From a virus (Duplodnaviria; Caudoviricetes): a DNA stretch of 27,741 bases. A model generated the notes under the pieces. That model was not told the DNA's origin, ran no database searches, and saw only the letters and a list, made by a program, of their open reading frames with translations. The position numbers and the translations under genes were made by a program. The stretch is from IMG/VR virus record IMGVR_UViG_3300012878_000004, positions 1 to 27,741 of that record, one strand, 5' to 3'. This document shows, piece after piece, positions 23,615 to 27,741 of the stretch; the stretch's first letter is position 1; each line of letters begins with the position of its first letter.

Positions 23615-24054
23615 AGGTAGCTGATCTGGAAGGCGTCAAACTGGACTACTGGGTGGCGCAAGCAAATATCCTGGGCGGAGGATCTTGGGAGGTCATCGAG
23701 GTACGTCCTTATCGTCCCGGCTGCTGGACGCTCCATGACCGGTCAGATGACATGATCTTCGGCTGGATCTCAGCGAATATTCTGGACTCTCTCAGGGTCC
23801 GCCAGGAATTGAATCTTGGTCACGCCGGGCTCCATTTCTGGCCCTCAGTCGACTGGCAGCACGGGGGCCCGATCATCCAGGCCGAGCGAATCAGTGTTTA
23901 TGCCCAAGTTGACGAGGGCAACCTATTGCACTGGGTCGGAGTGGTCGAGCAGATGCAAGCCGCCCGGCGGGGTTGGATCGGGCCGACGCCCCTGGTCGCC
24001 GCCATGCGCGCCTACGTGGCGAGCAAGTACGGAGAAGAAGTATCCGATGAGTAA
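23611..24054 (+). CDS. NinX / DUF2591-family protein
   Basis: LEGVKLDYWVA, PSVDWQHGGPII and GPTPLVAAMRAYVASKYGEEV motifs. Confidence 0.8.
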   Translation: MKVADLEGVKLDYWVAQANILGGGSWEVIEVRPYRPGCWTLHDRSDDMIFGWISANILDSLRVRQELNLGHAGLHFWPSVDWQHGGPIIQAERISVYAQVDEGNLLHWVGVVEQMQAARRGWIGPTPLVAAMRAYVASKYGEEVSDE

Positions 24055-24096
24055 AGCGATTGAGCAGATGCTCAAAACGACGAAGCAACAATGGAT

Positions 24097-24121
24097 GCCC
24101 GCCTAGCGCGGGCTTCGTTTT
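24097..24121 (+). terminator. Terminator-like hairpin upstream of xis
   Basis: GCCCGC-CTAGC-GCGGGC followed by TTCGTTTT. Confidence 0.6.
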
Positions 24122-24130
24122 GGAGGCGAT

Positions 24131-24472
24131 ATGCTTTCAGTCCCCGAGGCCGCCCGTGAATTGGGGGTCTCCCCTCGTACCGTCTATGATCTGGCCGCCC
24201 CGGGTGGCCCGATCCCCTGCCACCGCGTCGGGCGCCGAATCCTGTTCTCGCCCGAAGACCTATCCGAGTACCTGCAATCATGCCGATATACCGAGACAAA
24301 GCGCGCGGTTGCCTCATCTTTGAATTCGACCGTCTCATTGAAGGGCAGCGGGTCCGCGCTAGAAAAGCTCTTCCAAAGTCGTGGAGTAAAGCCCAAGCTG
24401 ACGCCTACGACCGCCAGGAGTCGGCCCGACTCTACGCGCTTGCAACTGGTGTCGAGCGCCCGCAGTTCCTGA
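24131..24472 (+). CDS. xis: Excisionase / recombination directionality factor (HTH_17-like)
   Basis: GGAGG RBS; MLSVPEAARELGVSPRTVYDL...IPCHRVGRRILF...L..YL; overlaps int 5' end. Confidence 0.85.
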   Translation: MLSVPEAARELGVSPRTVYDLAAPGGPIPCHRVGRRILFSPEDLSEYLQSCRYTETKRAVASSLNSTVSLKGSGSALEKLFQSRGVKPKLTPTTARSRPDSTRLQLVSSARSS

Positions 24473-25275
24473 TTGAGGATGCTGTGGCGATGTATATCAA
24501 GGAACGCATCCCTGACCTGAAGTCTGGGGAGATCATCACGCGCGAGCTTGCGCAGATGATGTGGGCCTACCAGGGCAAGCCCATGGGCGCTCTGCACGAC
24601 GTCTGCCGGGAATACGCCGAGAAGGCTTTGCATGAGCTGACCGGCGACCCGCTGGCTCCGGCCACCAAGCGCAACCGCATCCGATACCTGACCAGCGCCT
24701 GCCGCTGGGGGTGGAAACGCCACGGAATGCACGACCGCGACCCTGCCGAGCGGGTCATCGCCCCGGAAGTCAGGAACGAGCGCCGGCACTACGTGAACCG
24801 TGCTGAGATGTTGGCCATCGCCAAGGCTTGCAAGTGCAAGAAGTCGCGCGCGGCTATCCGGATCGCCTTCTACAGCGGGATGCGTCTAAGCGAGATTCTG
24901 GAGGCTGTACGCCAGGATGGGATGTTTTTGCTGGAAGACACGAAGAACGGCGAACCCCGCCACGTGCCGATGCATCCGAAGATCCGCGCCGCGTCGACGG
25001 TGGCACCGCGCAACAAGTGGAACGTGTCCAAGGAGTTCAAGGCTGCAGCGACCACTGTAGGCATGGGCCATCTGCGCTTTCACGACCTGCGGCACAGTGC
25101 GGCCAGCGCCATGATTAACGCCAAGGTGAATCTCTACACGGTCGGCGCCGTGCTTGGGCACAAGTCAGCAGCCAGCACGCAACGCTACGCGCACTTGGCT
25201 ACCGAGTCGATCAAATTGGCGTTGGGGGAAATTGGCAAAAAATCCCCCACACAAAAGAAAGCGCGGGTTGCGTGA
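24280..25275 (+). CDS. int: Tyrosine integrase
   Basis: Catalytic residues R (SGMRLSE), K (TKNG), HxxR (FHDLRH), H (LGH), Y (RYAH); ends 26 nt from the tRNA 3' end. Confidence 0.95.
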   Translation: MPIYRDKARGCLIFEFDRLIEGQRVRARKALPKSWSKAQADAYDRQESARLYALATGVERPQFLIEDAVAMYIKERIPDLKSGEIITRELAQMMWAYQGKPMGALHDVCREYAEKALHELTGDPLAPATKRNRIRYLTSACRWGWKRHGMHDRDPAERVIAPEVRNERRHYVNRAEMLAIAKACKCKKSRAAIRIAFYSGMRLSEILEAVRQDGMFLLEDTKNGEPRHVPMHPKIRAASTVAPRNKWNVSKEFKAAATTVGMGHLRFHDLRHSAASAMINAKVNLYTVGAVLGHKSAASTQRYAHLATESIKLALGEIGKKSPTQKKARVA

Positions 25276-25294
25276 ACTACCCGCAAACCCGCGC
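25253..25294 (-). terminator. Terminator for the rpoD-tRNA transcript, overlapping the int stop
   Basis: Minus strand GCGCGGGTTTGCG...CGCAACCCGCGC followed by TTTCTTTT. Confidence 0.7.
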
Positions 25295-25301
25295 CAATTC
25301 T

Positions 25302-25380
<79 letters not shown>

Positions 25381-25389
25381 AGGAAACGA

Positions 25390-27714
25390 TTACTGCCCTT
25401 CCAGGAAGCTCTTCAGCTTATCGGCCCGGCTGGGGTGACGCAGCTTGCGCAGCGCTTTAGCCTCTATTTGGCGAATGCGCTCACGCGTGACGTCGAATTG
25501 CTTACCCACTTCTTCCAGGGTCTGGTCGGTGCTCATTTCGATGCCGAAACGCATACGCAGAACCTTGGCTTCACGCGGGGTGAGAGAGTCTAGCACTTCC
25601 TTGACCACATCACGCATGGAGCCGTGCAATGCCGCATCCGAAGGCGCCAGGGTGGACGTGTCTTCGATGAAATCGCCCAGGTGCGAGTCATCGTCGTCAC
25701 CGATCGGCGTTTCCATGGAGATCGGTTCCTTAGCGATCTTCAGGATCTTGCGGATCTTGTCTTCCGGCATGTCCATCTTCTGCGCCAGGGTCGCGGGATC
25801 CGGCTCGGCGCCGGTTTCCTGCAGGATCTGACGGCTGATCCGGTTCATCTTGTTGATCGTTTCGATCATGTGAACCGGGATACGGATGGTGCGCGCCTGG
25901 TCGGCGATCGAACGCGTGATGGCCTGACGAATCCACCACGTGGCGTACGTCGAGAACTTGTAGCCGCGACGGTATTCGAACTTGTCCACGGCCTTCATCA
26001 AGCCGATGTTGCCTTCCTGAATCAGATCCAGGAATTGCAGGCCACGGTTCGTGTACTTCTTGGCGATCGAGATCACCAGACGCAGGTTGGCCTCGGTCAT
26101 TTCGCGCTTGGCCTTGCGAGCCTTGGCTTCGCCGGTGGCCATGCGCTTGTTGACGTCCTTCAAGTCTTTCAGCGGCAGCACGACGCGCGTTTGCAGGTCG
26201 ATCAGCTTTTGCTGGAGTTCTTGCACGGCGGGAATCTGGCGCTCAAGCGTCTCGGCGTACGGATGACCAGCCGCGACTTCGTCCACCACCCACTGCAGGT
26301 TGGTTTCGTTGCCCGGGAAGACCTTGATGAAGTGCGTGCGCGACATGCCGGCACGGTCCACACACGTGTGCAGAACGGCGCGCTCAAGCTGGCGCACTTC
26401 TTCAACCTGGTTGCGCAACGTGTCAGCCAGCTTCTCGACCATCTTGGCCGTGAAGCGGATGCCCATCAGCTCGTTCTGGATGGATTCCTGGGCGCGCACG
26501 TAGATGTCCGACTTGTAGCCGTCCTTCTCGTACGACAGGCGCATCTTGTCGAACTGCTTGTTGACTTCGTCGAACTTGGCCAGCGCCTTCACGCGCAGGT
26601 CTTCCAGCTGCTTGCTGGACATGCCGCCCGCGGGGCCGTCATCGCTTTCGTCTTCGTCGGCAGTGACACCGGCGCCGGCGTATTCTTCGCCGTCTTCCGG
26701 ATCAACCAGGCCGTCGACCACTTCGTCGATCTGCGCCTGGCCTTCCCGCACGCGCAGGATGTGGGCCAGGATTTCGTTGATCGTGGTCGGGCAGGCCGAG
26801 ATGGCCATGACCATGTGCTTCAGGCCGTCTTCGATGCGCTTGGCGATTTCGATTTCGCCTTCGCGCGTCAGCAGCTCAACCGAGCCCATTTCGCGCATGT
26901 ACATACGCACGGGGTCGGTGGTGCGGCCGAAGTCGGAATCCACCGTGGTCAATGCAGCTTCGGCTTCGTCTTCAACGTCGTCGTCGTTGGACGCAACCGG
27001 GGCGTTTTCGCTCATCAGCAGCGTTTCAGCGTCGGGGGCTTGGTCGTAGACCGCGATCCCCATGTCGCTAAACGTGCTGATGATGCCGTCGATGGCTTCG
27101 GCGTCGACCAGATCGTCAGGCAGATGGTCGTTGATTTCGCCGTAGGTCAGGTAGCCGCGGTCCTTGCCCAGCTTGATCAGCTGCTTCAGGCGGTTGCGGC
27201 GAGCTTCGTATTCTTCCGGCGTCACGGGGCCGCGGGCGATCAGATCCTTGGGATCAGCCTTGCCACGCTTGCCGCCGCGCTTGGGCGGCTTCAGATCGGG
27301 CAGGACTTCGCCTTCGCCGTCCATCGTGTCGTCGAAACCGTCGGAATCGTTATTGGCGTTCTTGGCGGGACGGCCCGGGCGGCGGCCGCTCGGAACCGGG
27401 CCCGAACGCGGTGCGCTGCCACCCACCAAGTCGGCGAGCTTGTCCTCAGCCTTCTTGGCGCGTGCCTTCGTCACTTTTTCGGGCTTGTCAGCCGCAGCCG
27501 TCTTGGTTGCCTTCTTGGCAGCCGTCTTGGCAGCGGGCTTGGCGACCTTCACCGCCGTCTTGGCGGGCGCTTTTTCCGCCGCCATGCTTACGGCGCGCTT
27601 GGCCGCAGGGGCCTTGAGTTCAGCCGCATCAATTGCAGAGGAGGATTTGCCGGTGGATTTGGTCATAGTCGCTTCCGTGGTCGTCGCAACCCGTTTGGGC
27701 ATGTTGCACCGCAT
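25390..27714 (-). CDS. rpoD: RNA polymerase primary sigma factor RpoD (host); true start may be ATG 27702 or 27666
   Basis: Region 1.1 [13 protein letters not shown], 1.2 [11 protein letters not shown], 2 [30 protein letters not shown], 4 [30 protein letters not shown]; Lys/Ala-rich N-terminal extension. Confidence 0.99.
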   Translation of the reverse strand: MRCNMPKRVATTTEATMTKSTGKSSSAIDAAELKAPAAKRAVSMAAEKAPAKTAVKVAKPAAKTAAKKATKTAAADKPEKVTKARAKKAEDKLADLVGGSAPRSGPVPSGRRPGRPAKNANNDSDGFDDTMDGEGEVLPDLKPPKRGGKRGKADPKDLIARGPVTPEEYEARRNRLKQLIKLGKDRGYLTYGEINDHLPDDLVDAEAIDGIISTFSDMGIAVYDQAPDAETLLMSENAPVASNDDDVEDEAEAALTTVDSDFGRTTDPVRMYMREMGSVELLTREGEIEIAKRIEDGLKHMVMAISACPTTINEILAHILRVREGQAQIDEVVDGLVDPEDGEEYAGAGVTADEDESDDGPAGGMSSKQLEDLRVKALAKFDEVNKQFDKMRLSYEKDGYKSDIYVRAQESIQNELMGIRFTAKMVEKLADTLRNQVEEVRQLERAVLHTCVDRAGMSRTHFIKVFPGNETNLQWVVDEVAAGHPYAETLERQIPAVQELQQKLIDLQTRVVLPLKDLKDVNKRMATGEAKARKAKREMTEANLRLVISIAKKYTNRGLQFLDLIQEGNIGLMKAVDKFEYRRGYKFSTYATWWIRQAITRSIADQARTIRIPVHMIETINKMNRISRQILQETGAEPDPATLAQKMDMPEDKIRKILKIAKEPISMETPIGDDDDSHLGDFIEDTSTLAPSDAALHGSMRDVVKEVLDSLTPREAKVLRMRFGIEMSTDQTLEEVGKQFDVTRERIRQIEAKALRKLRHPSRADKLKSFLEGQ

Positions 27715-27741
27715 AGAGCCGCTCTGGACGGTGGCCCAGCG

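Overview
About 25.3 kb of a lambdoid prophage integrated at the 3' end of a tRNA-Ile2(CAT) gene that lies 9 nt downstream of host rpoD. The rpoD sequence suggests an Alcaligenaceae host such as Achromobacter (inference). The window begins inside the head module: DUF2213 protein, Mu gpF-like head protein, DUF1073-type portal, TerL and TerS. On the minus strand follow a late-control region (Q-like gene, putative late promoter and terminator) and the nin/replication operon (RuvC-like, DnaB, O-like initiator, Ref/DUF968-like, NinB, CII, Cro). The immunity region holds a long CI, 14-bp ATCGCAATTGCGAT-type operators at OR and OL, and two cargo genes (P63C-domain protein and a secreted LprI-like protein). 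The plus-strand PL operon has long structured non-coding leaders, many small ORFs, an exonuclease/SSB module, a C5 DNA methyltransferase, NinX, Xis and Int. Four observations stand out: (1) the methyltransferase is dual-coded, with two ~265-aa ORFs overlapping end to end and motif IX only in the +1 frame; (2) OL mirrors OR, giving the LprI-like gene a PRM-like, probably CI-activated promoter; (3) the PL transcript carries tRNA-like and RNase III-like RNA structures; (4) a small unannotated ORF lies on the inferred PRE transcript. All family calls come from motif recognition by eye, not database searches.
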